The notes under the pieces were generated by a model. The model saw only the letters and a list, made by a program, of their open reading frames with translations, did not search any database and was not told the DNA's origin. A DNA stretch of 64,000 nucleotides. Source: Candidatus Dojkabacteria bacterium. Lineage in GTDB: Bacteria > Patescibacteriota > Dojkabacteria > B142 > JAFGMG01. Of this stretch, positions 1 through 10,400 are shown piece after piece. The position numbers and the translations under genes are program-made. The stretch covers positions 11,991 to 75,990 of the forward strand of contig JAFGMG010000005.1 in NCBI GenBank assembly GCA_016927655.1. The letters are read 5' to 3'. Position 1 is the stretch's first letter. Every line of letters begins with the position of its first letter.

Positions 1-2
1 CC

Positions 3-380
3 TATCTATTCTTCTCATTGTTATTTAGTAATCCAATCCCATTTTTTATTAAAATAGTTTCAGTCTTTGGGCTTTCTTATCTTTTTTCGATAATTGCTCT
101 TTGGAATATTGAAATTAAATATTATCAGCGGATTATAGCTTCATTTGGAATCGCTTTGATGATGTGTCTCTGCTCGTTTGTTTTGATCATGTGGCCGGCA
201 GGAAGTGAATATGTAGCGCTTATTCTTTCTCTTCTATTTTATATGGCTCTGGGTCTGGCCCTTGAGATTAGAGAAGTCCTCTCAAAGAGAGTCTGGTTTG
301 AATACTTCTTATTATTTTCTTTAATAGTTTTAATCCTGTTCATAATTTCCGAATGGGGAATAAATGGCAGTCTAATCTAG
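3..380 (+). CDS. Multi-pass membrane protein, hypothetical (5'-partial)
   Basis: Reading frame is open from the window edge to TAG at 380; several hydrophobic helices. Confidence 0.65.
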   Translation, partial: YLFFSLLFSNPIPFFIKIVSVFGLSYLFSIIALWNIEIKYYQRIIASFGIALMMCLCSFVLIMWPAGSEYVALILSLLFYMALGLALEIREVLSKRVWFEYFLLFSLIVLILFIISEWGINGSLI

Positions 381-473
381 AAAGTTCCCGAATCTTCTGA
401 TAAGAGTAGGGGAGTAGGGGTTTTTGCGTGGAACAAAATCAGCCTATAGTTTTATGATTATGTTACGATTCTT

Positions 474-482
474 TGTGGATAA
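474..482 (-). promoter_or_regulatory. Single perfect DnaA-box match (TTATCCACA)
   Basis: TGTGGATAA on + strand in a long intergenic region; no cluster of boxes seen. Confidence 0.3.
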
Positions 483-638
483 CTTTGGTTTATTAAAGTG
501 TTATTATCAGGAATAGCAAGGCAGGTGTGATGTGGGTTAGAAGAAGTGTTTTCAATTTGTAGATATCTTCGAGATCTAGGGCTTCGTTCTAAGGGGGTTG
601 CTCTACTATTAAGGTTATGTTAAAGTAGACCTGGCGTT

Positions 639-666
639 ACTGGGTATAATCACCCTTATACTCAGT
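639..666. other. Candidate dif-like Xer recombination site (11-6-11 inverted repeat)
   Basis: ACTGGGTATAA-TCACCC-TTATACTCAGT; arms differ by 1 nt; ATAA-N6-TTAT core as in dif; about 230 bp upstream of the xer gene. Confidence 0.55.
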
Positions 667-895
667 TAGTGATAGAAAGGCACGGAGTAGCGGTGTTTTT
701 GGTTAGGTTTTGTTTATTCTAATTATTATGATGTTTATGTATTTATTATTATTTTATTCAGTAATTTATCTAGGGATTATTTTAAAAAGGGCTCTTTTGT
801 TGATTTGGCGGGGTTCTCTTTTTTAGCCCTCCCCTATTGGAAATCAAGCATAAAGCCAGATATACTGTGTCTGTAGGTTTAAATAGAAAGCAAGA

Positions 896-1987
896 ATGAA
901 ATTGCCGGAATTACCATATAAAAAAGAATTTCTGCTTAGTCTTGTAAATAACAATATGAGCGAGCAGACATTAAAAAACTATAAGAGGGACTTGCTGATC
1001 TTTCAGTTATTTTTAATGAAGGAAAAGAGGTCTTGGAATAATGTAGATAAGCTACTAGTTTTAGAATATAAGGGTTTTTTAAAAAATGGTCAGCATCATA
1101 AGATGATTGATTTGTGGGAGGAGTCAAAAAACGAGAAGAAAAATGACGAATACGCGAAGGAAGGCCCTGGGAAAGCACGACCAGAAGGCATAATAAAAGA
1201 ATCGCGCCCTGGGGGGTCTAGAAGGCGTCCTAACTCAAAAGACGGATTGTCGGCTCGCTCAATCAATAGAATGCTGTCGTCTATAAGAAGTTATATTACA
1301 TTTTTGGTAGATATTGATGTAGATTCTCCGTTACCCTCGAGTTCAATAAAAATGTTGAAAACAACTAAACGTGAATCTCAAGTTGCCGAATTTGCCGAAA
1401 TTGTAAAGCTGATAGAATTTCCAGAGACTTTTGAAAAGAAACGGAAGGTAAAATATAGGAATCGTGCAATTTTGGAGCTGCTATTTTCAACAGGTATGCG
1501 TATAAGTGAGCTTGTAAACCTTGACCGGGATCAAGTTTCGCTATCTGGGGAAGCGGGTGATATTGAATCAAAAATTTACGTCCTGGGCAAGGGCAAAAAG
1601 CAGCGATTTGTTTATTTGACAGATAGGTGTACTAGCTATCTGAAACGCTATCTGGAGACCCGTAAAGACGATTTTTCTGCACTTTTTATACCGTATCGAG
1701 GCGTAAGGAGAACCAGTGCGGATGAGGATGAGATTCGTATTTCCCAGAATTATGTTCAAGCTATGATGAAAAAGTACCGGAAGCTGCTTGGGATAGTGAT
1801 TCCGACCACGCCGCATAGTCTCAGGCACGGATTTGCAACTTATCTGGCGGAGCAGGGGGCGAATCCAGCTGCTATTCAGCACCTTCTCGGTCATGAATCA
1901 CTTCAGACAACGACGAGATATGTGCATTCATCAGACAAATTTGCCGAAAAAACGCATAGAAAATACCATCCGTTGAAAAATGATTAG
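896..1987 (+). CDS. Tyrosine recombinase, XerC/XerD family
   Basis: Full R-K-H-R-H-Y catalytic set: STGMRISE, GKGKK, HSLRH, LLGH, TTRY; N-terminal SAM-like domain (TLKNYKRDL...SINRMLSSIRS). Confidence 0.92.
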   Translation: MKLPELPYKKEFLLSLVNNNMSEQTLKNYKRDLLIFQLFLMKEKRSWNNVDKLLVLEYKGFLKNGQHHKMIDLWEESKNEKKNDEYAKEGPGKARPEGIIKESRPGGSRRRPNSKDGLSARSINRMLSSIRSYITFLVDIDVDSPLPSSSIKMLKTTKRESQVAEFAEIVKLIEFPETFEKKRKVKYRNRAILELLFSTGMRISELVNLDRDQVSLSGEAGDIESKIYVLGKGKKQRFVYLTDRCTSYLKRYLETRKDDFSALFIPYRGVRRTSADEDEIRISQNYVQAMMKKYRKLLGIVIPTTPHSLRHGFATYLAEQGANPAAIQHLLGHESLQTTTRYVHSSDKFAEKTHRKYHPLKND

Positions 1988-2047
1988 ACTACTCTGCTCC
2001 ATCCTGCTACAATAAATTTGTCTATTTCAATTATTAGATTTATATAT

Positions 2048-2539
2048 ATGGATCCTAATATTCAGCAACCTGGTATATATAATGATCAAGTTCGAAAACA
2101 CAATGGATTCTTGGGCAAGCTGATGTATTTTGTCTTCTTTTTGATTGTAATTAGTCTGTCGGTTGGTGTTGGATACTTGTATTTTGAATATCGCGAAAGT
2201 CAAAAAGAACTCGAGAAACTTAAGGATCCAGGTTATTACTCGCAGATACAAGATACTCTTGCAAATGCAACGGTCGAAAAGCTTGCAACAGTTATGGTTC
2301 TACCACAGAATGAAAATCCGACTATTGCAACTATTGTCAAGGCTGAGGATCTTATAAAGGAAAATCCCGAGTTTTATGCGGATATCCAGAATGGAGACCA
2401 GATAATAATGTATTCAAATAGATTGATAGTATTTCGGGAATCTGAAAATAAAATCGTAAATGCCAGTTATTTTCCAGCAGGGTCACTCGATCAGTCAACT
2501 TCGACTGGTTCAGAACAAACAACAAATACTAGTGAATAA
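2048..2539 (+). CDS. Membrane-anchored hypothetical protein
   Basis: One TM helix followed by an LP..E.PT.ATI......L.....FY.....GD soluble domain; ATG at 2048 is the likely start. Confidence 0.7.
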   Translation: MDPNIQQPGIYNDQVRKHNGFLGKLMYFVFFLIVISLSVGVGYLYFEYRESQKELEKLKDPGYYSQIQDTLANATVEKLATVMVLPQNENPTIATIVKAEDLIKENPEFYADIQNGDQIIMYSNRLIVFRESENKIVNASYFPAGSLDQSTSTGSEQTTNTSE

Positions 2540-2553
2540 CTAAAAAAGAAGGG

Positions 2554-5500
2554 TTACCAAGTTGCAATTCCACTTCGCTTCCAGGTATCAGTAGCTGTGC
2601 AAACATATATAAAATTATCATCCCATGATATCTCTCCTTGATCGCAAGTGTCAGATGCACTTGCCGGAGTTTTTCCAGTTCGAATTCTGATGCTGTCGGA
2701 GTTTATATCTAGAAGCTCTGTTGGAGCAATTGTTCCTATACCAACTCTTGTGTTCAGGGTGTCTAGTGAAATTAAATTAGTTTCAAATGATAATGCATTG
2801 ACGGTGGAATTAATAAGATCAATGTCAGTGGCAGCACCAGCTAAAAAAATTGCTCCACCGTCAATCTCTAAATCATCAGCAATATAAATATCCCCTGTCC
2901 CATCTAAACTGGTAATACCAGTATAATCACCAATAGACAGTATTCCGTTAACAGGACTGGTTATCTGAGTATTTGTTCCACTATTTGTGATATTATTTGT
3001 ATTATTGTAAAGCAAGTTTCCAATAAGAGAATTGTCTGTAGCACCAGCAGTTATTGATATTCCAGTATCTCCTCCTCCAGTAAATCCTGTAATAATATTA
3101 TTGTTAACGATGTTGTAGTCGGCAGTAGAGCCCAAACTAATTCCAGTGTTCGCTGTCCCATCATCCTGGATTGTGTTTCCATTTATTGTGTTGTAGTCTC
3201 CGGAGATCGAAAATCCTGTACCTCCTGGTGTTCTGATAGTGTTTCCACTTATTGTTGAATAAGTGGTTAAAGATAAATCAAAGGCAATTCCACACTCCAG
3301 GGTTGTATTTCCGGAAAATACATTGTTGTAGCCTTGTCCTTGAAAACACCTTGTTGTATCGTAGGCGTAATTATTAATCACGCGATTGTTATATGTGGAT
3401 CCATCAAGCATTATGCCAACTGAGTCGTTATTGATTGCATCAATATTTTCTATCGTATTATAACTTGAACTAACTAAATTAATTCCCTGAGTATCCGAAT
3501 CTTGAAGTGTAAGATTTTGGAATGCCGAGTTAATAACTGCAGAGCCATATATTAACGTATTGGATGAATTGCCGCCGTCTGCCTGTCCCAGAATTTTTAA
3601 GTCAGTAATAGTTAGATAGTCTTTCCCGTTTAATTGAATAATATAGCCAAAAGTCTGTCCGGCCGATGCATCAATTACAGTAGCAGTTTTCCCGGCTCCC
3701 CTTATAGTTGTATTATTGTAGTCAATTGTAATTGTTTCGGTACATGTGTAGGTACCCTCTGGTAAATAGATTTCTCCTCCAGTGCTGCCCAAATCGTCAA
3801 TCGCATCATTAATCCCTGCGCAGGTTTGGGCATATCTAATCCCATCCACGACTATCACTTTGTTGATTTTGCTAGCCTTGATCTCTCCATTTACATCAAG
3901 AGTGCTTTGTGGATCGACTGTTCCAATCCCAACATAACCGCTGGTTAGTATGCTCAAGAATGGATTTGTGCCTGGATTCGCTCCATCTCCAATTTGAAAT
4001 ACATCATCATCATCTCCACCGGCATCTTCTTGAACTCCAAGCCAGAAGTCGGTATCTGTCGCAGTTAGGCTATCAAAGACAATGCTTGGATCTGCCTTGT
4101 ATATAGTTGAATTTCCGGCTTGTGTAATTGAACTTCCAAAATATGACGCGTCTTCGACATTTAAACCATAATCCCAATTTGTTCCGGCAATATAAATACC
4201 GTACTGAGTGCCCCCTGCTCCGCCCGATGAAAAATCATTTACATAAATTCCGAATAAATCGCTGGTGTTATCATCTGTTAAATTATCGAAGTCTAGGCTG
4301 ATACCTTTTATTGCGGCTTCTTGAACTTCTGGTGCCGACCAATTTATGTCAAGCACATTCCCGCTAACTTGTAGACTTGAAATGTCAAGAGCATTTGCAG
4401 TTGCATTTGCTGCTTGGACTATCTGAAGACCGATTTGGTCCAGATCTTGCTGGTCAATTAATAACCCAGTAACCGCGTCTGTTGAGCCGATTTCAACTTC
4501 AAGTTTCGCTCCGGGATTTGTGGTTCCGATGCCGACATTGCCATTTGCCTGTATTTTGATTCCATCTGCTCCTCCGCCTGTGAGCTGGCCGTTTGCAATT
4601 ATATCTCCAGATTGAGATTCTACCAGTGAGAAAGTGTCAATTCTGAAACTCCCTGCGGTTGAACTCGCATAAATAACAAAATCTCCTGGTGCTGCATTGG
4701 ATTTAAATACAACATCATAAGTACCTGCAGTTGCGGAGATCCCGGGCAGATAAATAGTTTTATCTGCAAATTCAGTTCCGATATAGGCACTGCAGCCGGC
4801 AACTACACTTGATGTTGTGTATGTGAATCTGTACATCCTATTAGCTGCAGCAGGTGTTGCGAAACTGCCGGAACTTTGAGTCAGTATTCCTGTTCCTGGT
4901 CCTGCTGAATGTGCATAATTAGCTCTGTCTGTTGATAAAGTAAAACCTGGTGTGGCTGACCAGGAAGTACCCCCGGTTAAATCTCCATTTGTAAGAGTTT
5001 CTGAACCAAACGTGTTCCCCATCACATCAAGAGTGCCTTCAGAATTCAAGGCCATCATCTGCTGGAAACCTGTATCAGTGACAGTGTTATATCCATATCC
5101 CCATACGAGCTTGCTTGTACCAGTGGTTCCTGAGATTGGTATTACCTCATTTTTCCAATTTACGGTTTGCGAGGCTCCTAAGGTAGCATCCCAAACAGTA
5201 CCTGAGAGTCTAAGTCTAGGTGAATTTTGTATAGGAACAGCCGCAGTTGATGCCGTTGTGTTTCTTGAGACTAGGCCGTCTGTAGACACAAATGCAATAC
5301 CACTCCTACTAACTGTGACCGCGCTGCTGAATGTCCCTGTAGTTGCTCCAGAAAGTGCTCCATTCATCGCTATTGCTCCGCTTGCAGTGATAGCTCCTGT
5401 GGATACATTTCCCATTCTTATATACCCATTCCCATCGATATTGAAAATACTCGTATCTCCTGGATTTGGGGCAAAATTAACAACATCACTGGTGTTTGTT

Positions 5501-6813
5501 ACATCGGGAATAATCAGGTAAGTTGTTGCATCGGGACTTGAAGAAGTCGAGGATCCGAGTCTAACCCAATAAGCACTGACTCCGTTGACAGTATCTGTAG
5601 CCCAGTCCACCGGTGGTGTGAATGACATTGTGCCGTCTTGTGTAAGGCCCAGTGTACCATCACTTACTGTCAGTGTTCCCCAGCTCCCTCCTCCTTGAGA
5701 GTAGTCTACCTGCAGTGTCAAATTAACAGGAACATTTCCCATATCGAAGTAAATATTTGAAAAAGTTGAATTCTTTCCTAAGAATACTTTATACGCAGTT
5801 GTATTTATTATTGTCCTCGCTGTGCCTTGTGATTCAGCGACTTCTGCAGTTATATCAGTGTATACAGAACCGGAATATATAAACGCTGAATCAAATGCTG
5901 CACTGTTACCGATGACTCTAAGGGCTGCATTTGTAGTCAAGCTTCCATTGATACTTAGATCGCCAGTGATCGGCCCATTAGAAGCGTCAAGTTTGAGATA
6001 CGTGCTATCGGCAACACCACCTGTAACATATCCTGCTAGGGAATGATTACCCCAGCCATAAGCTGTGTCCCAGTTTGATATATCAACCGCCCCTATTCCA
6101 AATGCATCAGAGGCAGTAAATATTGGATCAGTTTCAGTAAAACTGGTCAAAAATCCTATATCATTGTTTAGATCGCTGGCATTCCTGGTATCCAGATCAG
6201 CAAGAGAAGATCCGGCTTTACTGACCTTGCTCCAGGCAATAGCAGCAGAAGCAGATATGTCCTCGTTTAGAATAGAGTTATTTATAATATGCGTGGAATT
6301 TACACTATCTGCAGACAGGTCAATAGTAATAACTTGTGTCACCTCGGTTGTTTCATATGTCTCATTTGTAATGTTGTTTATAGTATCTCCTGAAAGGTTC
6401 AGCTTATTCAATTCAATACTAATCAAAGATGCCACAATATTTTTAATATCTCCTGCATAATTGTTGATATCAAAAGCATCGGGATCTTTGATCTCAGCTT
6501 CAAGGATTTCCCCGTTTTCAAGCTCGATGTAGAATTTACCAATCGGCTGGCCCTCTTTCGTACTGCCTTTAAGAACCCTGGCCTGGGCAGTGCTCCCGTC
6601 AGAAAGGGTATATTCAACAGTAGTAAAAACATCATCAGCCAGCTTATCATGAGTAATTGATTCAGCATAGACATTCCCCATCTTCACGGATTCAATTTCG
6701 TTACGGAGATTGTTATTAAGAAGAGCAAAAATAACTACTACGCTTAGCAGACAGCCTGCCAAAAAGGCAAAGCTAGAGTTTGTTTTTTTGTCTAAGGCAG
6801 CAATATTTATCAT
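2554..6813 (-). CDS. Large surface protein with tail-fibre-like repeats and right-handed beta-helix (pectate lyase/NosD-like) domain
   Basis: N-terminal TM; ETDP...WDTAYGWGNH motif; G(N/Y/R)VGIGT repeats; GGEIYLPEGTY plus N/I-rich beta-helix repeats; C-terminal GEISWDDNFIYVCTATDTWKR; extended -10 near 6845-6853 favours a start at 6813. Confidence 0.75.
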   Translation of the reverse strand: MINIAALDKKTNSSFAFLAGCLLSVVVIFALLNNNLRNEIESVKMGNVYAESITHDKLADDVFTTVEYTLSDGSTAQARVLKGSTKEGQPIGKFYIELENGEILEAEIKDPDAFDINNYAGDIKNIVASLISIELNKLNLSGDTINNITNETYETTEVTQVITIDLSADSVNSTHIINNSILNEDISASAAIAWSKVSKAGSSLADLDTRNASDLNNDIGFLTSFTETDPIFTASDAFGIGAVDISNWDTAYGWGNHSLAGYVTGGVADSTYLKLDASNGPITGDLSINGSLTTNAALRVIGNSAAFDSAFIYSGSVYTDITAEVAESQGTARTIINTTAYKVFLGKNSTFSNIYFDMGNVPVNLTLQVDYSQGGGSWGTLTVSDGTLGLTQDGTMSFTPPVDWATDTVNGVSAYWVRLGSSTSSSPDATTYLIIPDVTNTSDVVNFAPNPGDTSIFNIDGNGYIRMGNVSTGAITASGAIAMNGALSGATTGTFSSAVTVSRSGIAFVSTDGLVSRNTTASTAAVPIQNSPRLRLSGTVWDATLGASQTVNWKNEVIPISGTTGTSKLVWGYGYNTVTDTGFQQMMALNSEGTLDVMGNTFGSETLTNGDLTGGTSWSATPGFTLSTDRANYAHSAGPGTGILTQSSGSFATPAAANRMYRFTYTTSSVVAGCSAYIGTEFADKTIYLPGISATAGTYDVVFKSNAAPGDFVIYASSTAGSFRIDTFSLVESQSGDIIANGQLTGGGADGIKIQANGNVGIGTTNPGAKLEVEIGSTDAVTGLLIDQQDLDQIGLQIVQAANATANALDISSLQVSGNVLDINWSAPEVQEAAIKGISLDFDNLTDDNTSDLFGIYVNDFSSGGAGGTQYGIYIAGTNWDYGLNVEDASYFGSSITQAGNSTIYKADPSIVFDSLTATDTDFWLGVQEDAGGDDDDVFQIGDGANPGTNPFLSILTSGYVGIGTVDPQSTLDVNGEIKASKINKVIVVDGIRYAQTCAGINDAIDDLGSTGGEIYLPEGTYTCTETITIDYNNTTIRGAGKTATVIDASAGQTFGYIIQLNGKDYLTITDLKILGQADGGNSSNTLIYGSAVINSAFQNLTLQDSDTQGINLVSSSYNTIENIDAINNDSVGIMLDGSTYNNRVINNYAYDTTRCFQGQGYNNVFSGNTTLECGIAFDLSLTTYSTISGNTIRTPGGTGFSISGDYNTINGNTIQDDGTANTGISLGSTADYNIVNNNIITGFTGGGDTGISITAGATDNSLIGNLLYNNTNNITNSGTNTQITSPVNGILSIGDYTGITSLDGTGDIYIADDLEIDGGAIFLAGAATDIDLINSTVNALSFETNLISLDTLNTRVGIGTIAPTELLDINSDSIRIRTGKTPASASDTCDQGEISWDDNFIYVCTATDTWKRSGIATW

Positions 6814-6892
6814 AGCATCAAGGGGGTGCAAATATCCCTTATGATAATATAGCAAAGATTTGCTACGGTGGAAAGTATTTTCTAAGAAATTC

Positions 6893-9517
6893 CTAGATTA
6901 TTGCAATAGCAGCGATTTTGTCTCCCTTTGGTACGTTCATGAGTTTGACTCCGGCAGTTTGTCTGTTTCTTTTTGGGAGTTCTTTTGTGGGAATTTTCAC
7001 TGCCTGACCGGATTCGGACATTATAAGAAGTTCCATATCAGGGTGATCTAGTATTCTTGCGGCAGAAAGAGCTCCAGTTTTATCATTAACCCTTGCTGCG
7101 TATATTCCCTGTCCTCCCCTGCCTTGGATACCATATTGATCAAGAGTTGTGATTTTCCCGAAGCCGTTTTCTGATACTGTCAGCATAAAATCCTCTGTTT
7201 TTCTGATCACGTCCATTGAAATCACCTCATCAGCAGCGTCTTTCATCTTTATCCCTCGAACTCCCATTGTCGCTCTCCCAGTTTCTCTTACATCTTTTTC
7301 GTGGAAATGAATAGACCTTGCATTCTTAGTTACTAATACAATCTCGCTATTTCCCGTAGTTGGCTTTACCCAGACTAGATCGTCATCATCATTGAGCTTG
7401 ATTGCAATCAAGCCGTTGCTTTTAATATTTGAGAAGTCTTCAAGAGATGACTTTTTGACAGTTCCCTTCTTGGTTGCAAAAAACAAGAATTTATAATCTT
7501 TGGCTACTTTTTCTTCGGCTGCTATATCTTCTTGGAGTGTATCTTCATCCAAGATTTTCCCTTCCTTGCTTTTAGTCAAAATACTTGTGACAAGTTCATC
7601 CTGCTCAATATTGATCAGATTGATTACCGGCTGGCCTTTTGCGGACCTGCTGTATTCCGGGATCTCATAAACTTTCTGCAAGAAGACCCGCCCTTTATTG
7701 GTGAAAAACATAATATCATCGTGAGTAGAACAGCTGAAAACATGTGCAACAGAATCTCCATCTTTGGTAGCCATGCCTTTTTTGCCTTTACCACCTCTGT
7801 GCTGTCTTTCATAAGTTGCATCCTGCATCCGCTTTATATATCCTTGCTCGCTGACAGTCACTAGTACCTCTTCTTTAGCGACTAGATCCTCTTCTGAGAA
7901 TTCATCGACCTTTCCTTTGACAACTTTTGAGCGTCTCTCATCGCCGAATTTTTCTGTAATTTCTTTGAGCTCTTCTAGGATAATCTCGAGAACTTTTTCT
8001 GGTGTTTCAATAATTGCGACTAAATCTTTGATAATTGCTTTTATTGCTTTGTATTCGTCCTCGATCTTCTGCCTCTCAAGTGCAGCAAGCTTTCGAAGCT
8101 GCATATCAAGAATTGCGATTGCCTGTCTTTCTGAAAGCTTGAATTTCTTCATCAGTGCGTCTCTTGCAACATCGGCGTCCTTGCTTTCTCTTATTGTTTT
8201 GATCACTTCGTCAAGATTGTCTAAAGCGATCATCAAACCTTCAAGTATATGTTCTCTTTCACGAGCTTTAGCAAGTCTGAATTCTGTTCGTCTAATTACA
8301 ATCTCCTGTCTGAATTGGATAAACAGTTCCAGGATTTCTTTGAGGGTCAATAATTGCGGTTCGCCGTCTACAAGTGCAATCATATTCGCATTAAATGCCT
8401 TCTGCATTTCGGTAAACTTGTACAATTTATTCAGAATTGTCTTTGGTTTGCCGTCTCTTTTAATATCTACAACAATTCTCATCCCTTCCCTACTTGATTC
8501 GTCCCTTAAATCGGCAATACCTTTTATCTTTTTGTCTTTTACCAGACTGGCAATTTTCTGGACAAGCCGTGCTTTATTTACCTGATATGGAATTTCGGTA
8601 ACCACAATTTTATATTTGCCGCCCTTTGACTCTTCGATATTTGCTATTGCCCGTGTGACTATCCTTCCTCTTCCAGATGCGTATGCATTTTGGATCTCTT
8701 TCTGGTCATAGATAGTACCGCCAGTTGGGAAATCCGGACCTGGGATAATTTTGATCAAATCCTCTACTCCAAGATCAGTGCTGAATTTTGGAAATCTCTT
8801 TGGGTCAAGTTTTTCCAGGTCTTCTATTGTTAAAATATTCTTGTGATAATCAAGAGGAAGGCTCTCATTGTCTGATTTGTTGCCGTTTTTGATTATTTCT
8901 TTGATTGCTGCACCGACTTCTTTGAGATTGTGCGGCGGGATTTTTGTAGCCATTCCGACTGCGATTCCATCAGCGCCATTTAGTAGTAGTGTAGGTATTT
9001 TTGAAGGCAGAATTGTAGGCTCCTGGGTGCTTCCGTCATAGTTTGCTGCATAATTAACAGTATTTTCATTTAATTCCTCAAGAATGCTCATTGAGATTTT
9101 CTCTAGTCTTGACTCGGTATATCTCATTGCAGCAGCGCTGTCTCCGTCAATCGATCCAAAGTTCCCCTGCCCCTCGACAAGCTTGTATCTCATATTGAAA
9201 TCCTGAGCCATCCTAACCATAGCGTCATAAACTGCCACATCTCCATGAGGGTGGTACTTTGCGATTACATCTCCAACAGTTCTCGCGGATTTTTTGTAAG
9301 CTTTGCTTGGGATGATTCCAAGTTTGTACATTGAGTACAGAATTCTTCTTTGCACTGGCTTAAGGCCGTCTCGGACATCAGGCAGAGCCCTTGCTACGAT
9401 TACGCTCATAGCATAGTTGATATAGCTGGTTTTCATCTCCTCGACAATACTTCTATCGCGCACTCTTGAGAGTCGCTCTTCTTTTGATTTATCGTCTATT
9501 GTCAGTTGGTCATCCAT
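6893..9517 (-). CDS. gyrA: DNA gyrase subunit A
   Basis: [22 protein letters not shown], catalytic AAMRYTE, GyrA-box QHRGGKG. Confidence 0.98.
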   Translation of the reverse strand: MDDQLTIDDKSKEERLSRVRDRSIVEEMKTSYINYAMSVIVARALPDVRDGLKPVQRRILYSMYKLGIIPSKAYKKSARTVGDVIAKYHPHGDVAVYDAMVRMAQDFNMRYKLVEGQGNFGSIDGDSAAAMRYTESRLEKISMSILEELNENTVNYAANYDGSTQEPTILPSKIPTLLLNGADGIAVGMATKIPPHNLKEVGAAIKEIIKNGNKSDNESLPLDYHKNILTIEDLEKLDPKRFPKFSTDLGVEDLIKIIPGPDFPTGGTIYDQKEIQNAYASGRGRIVTRAIANIEESKGGKYKIVVTEIPYQVNKARLVQKIASLVKDKKIKGIADLRDESSREGMRIVVDIKRDGKPKTILNKLYKFTEMQKAFNANMIALVDGEPQLLTLKEILELFIQFRQEIVIRRTEFRLAKAREREHILEGLMIALDNLDEVIKTIRESKDADVARDALMKKFKLSERQAIAILDMQLRKLAALERQKIEDEYKAIKAIIKDLVAIIETPEKVLEIILEELKEITEKFGDERRSKVVKGKVDEFSEEDLVAKEEVLVTVSEQGYIKRMQDATYERQHRGGKGKKGMATKDGDSVAHVFSCSTHDDIMFFTNKGRVFLQKVYEIPEYSRSAKGQPVINLINIEQDELVTSILTKSKEGKILDEDTLQEDIAAEEKVAKDYKFLFFATKKGTVKKSSLEDFSNIKSNGLIAIKLNDDDDLVWVKPTTGNSEIVLVTKNARSIHFHEKDVRETGRATMGVRGIKMKDAADEVISMDVIRKTEDFMLTVSENGFGKITTLDQYGIQGRGGQGIYAARVNDKTGALSAARILDHPDMELLIMSESGQAVKIPTKELPKRNRQTAGVKLMNVPKGDKIAAIAII

Positions 9518-9527
9518 AGTTTGTTTA

Positions 9528-10400
9528 TTAAGCCATTAATTCAACGAATAGTCCTAAAAATGTAAATCCAATTATGCAAATTGTGATCAATATCCCAATA
9601 AGACATCCGATTGGATTGCCTGGATTTGTCTGTGCAGGATAGGATCCGGAATGATTTGGAATAGCCTTTTTCCTGGTTTGCAGCCAGACTTTTCCCGGGC
9701 CTCTTAGCACTCCTAAAAATATTCCTTCGCCGCCAAAGATCCAGTTAAAAAGTCCTCCGCCTACAGTTTTTATATCAAAATCAACGCTTGATTCATATGC
9801 AAGAAGATTGCCCTGATCGACGTTTAGCTCTTGTCCTTCTTTTAATTCATACATTACGACCTCGCCGTCTGCTATCAAATGGGCTTTCCCGCTACTCTGG
9901 CCTGGTTTTAGACCTACTTTTTGCAAAATAAATCCAATTCCGCCAAAAAGACCGGCACTAAGGCGTTTTGTGAAAGCGATTTTTAAATCTATTGAGTTTT
10001 CGGCACATAAAAATGCGCCTCTTTGAAAAATTACTTCTTTTCTCTTTGAGCCAAGTTCAATCGGCACTACTTTGCCTGCTTGATCTGTTGAAAATGTGAC
10101 AATTCCCGGGTTATTATTGGCCTGGAACTCATTGATAAATAACGTCTCTCCGGTAATTATCCGCGAGAACATTTTTGAAACTCCTCTGCCCTTGGTTTTC
10201 ATTTCGACATTCTGGGTCATCCAGCACATTTTCCCAGCTTCTGAATATATAATTTCCCCCTCATCGAGCTGGACATTGAGAGCCTGCAGGATTGAGCCTA
10301 TTGTGTCATAGCTGATCCCCGCTGTCCCGGCTTCTTTCTGATCTAGTATTTCTGACTCTTTTATACTCTCGATTTTTTCTGCTTGTTTGATTTTAGACAT
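9528..10400 (-). CDS. AIM24/TIGR00266 family protein with C-terminal TM helix
   Basis: [34 protein letters not shown] and FGGEGIF...GPGKVWLQT motifs. Confidence 0.85.
   Translation of the reverse strand: MSKIKQAEKIESIKESEILDQKEAGTAGISYDTIGSILQALNVQLDEGEIIYSEAGKMCWMTQNVEMKTKGRGVSKMFSRIITGETLFINEFQANNNPGIVTFSTDQAGKVVPIELGSKRKEVIFQRGAFLCAENSIDLKIAFTKRLSAGLFGGIGFILQKVGLKPGQSSGKAHLIADGEVVMYELKEGQELNVDQGNLLAYESSVDFDIKTVGGGLFNWIFGGEGIFLGVLRGPGKVWLQTRKKAIPNHSGSYPAQTNPGNPIGCLIGILITICIIGFTFLGLFVELMA

Noticed and set aside
419-435. Full parS site
   Set aside because: Only the right half (CGTGGAACA) matches; the palindrome is incomplete
615-625. TTATGTTAAAG resembles the E. coli XerD arm of dif
   Set aside because: No partner arm ending in ATAA 6 bp upstream, and the same TTATGTTAAA string occurs as an extended -10 upstream of rpmF, so it is probably promoter-like or chance
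896-6813. Prophage (integrase plus tail-fibre-like gene)
   Set aside because: No capsid, terminase, portal or lysis genes; the recombinase looks like a chromosomal Xer and the fibre-like protein has a TM anchor
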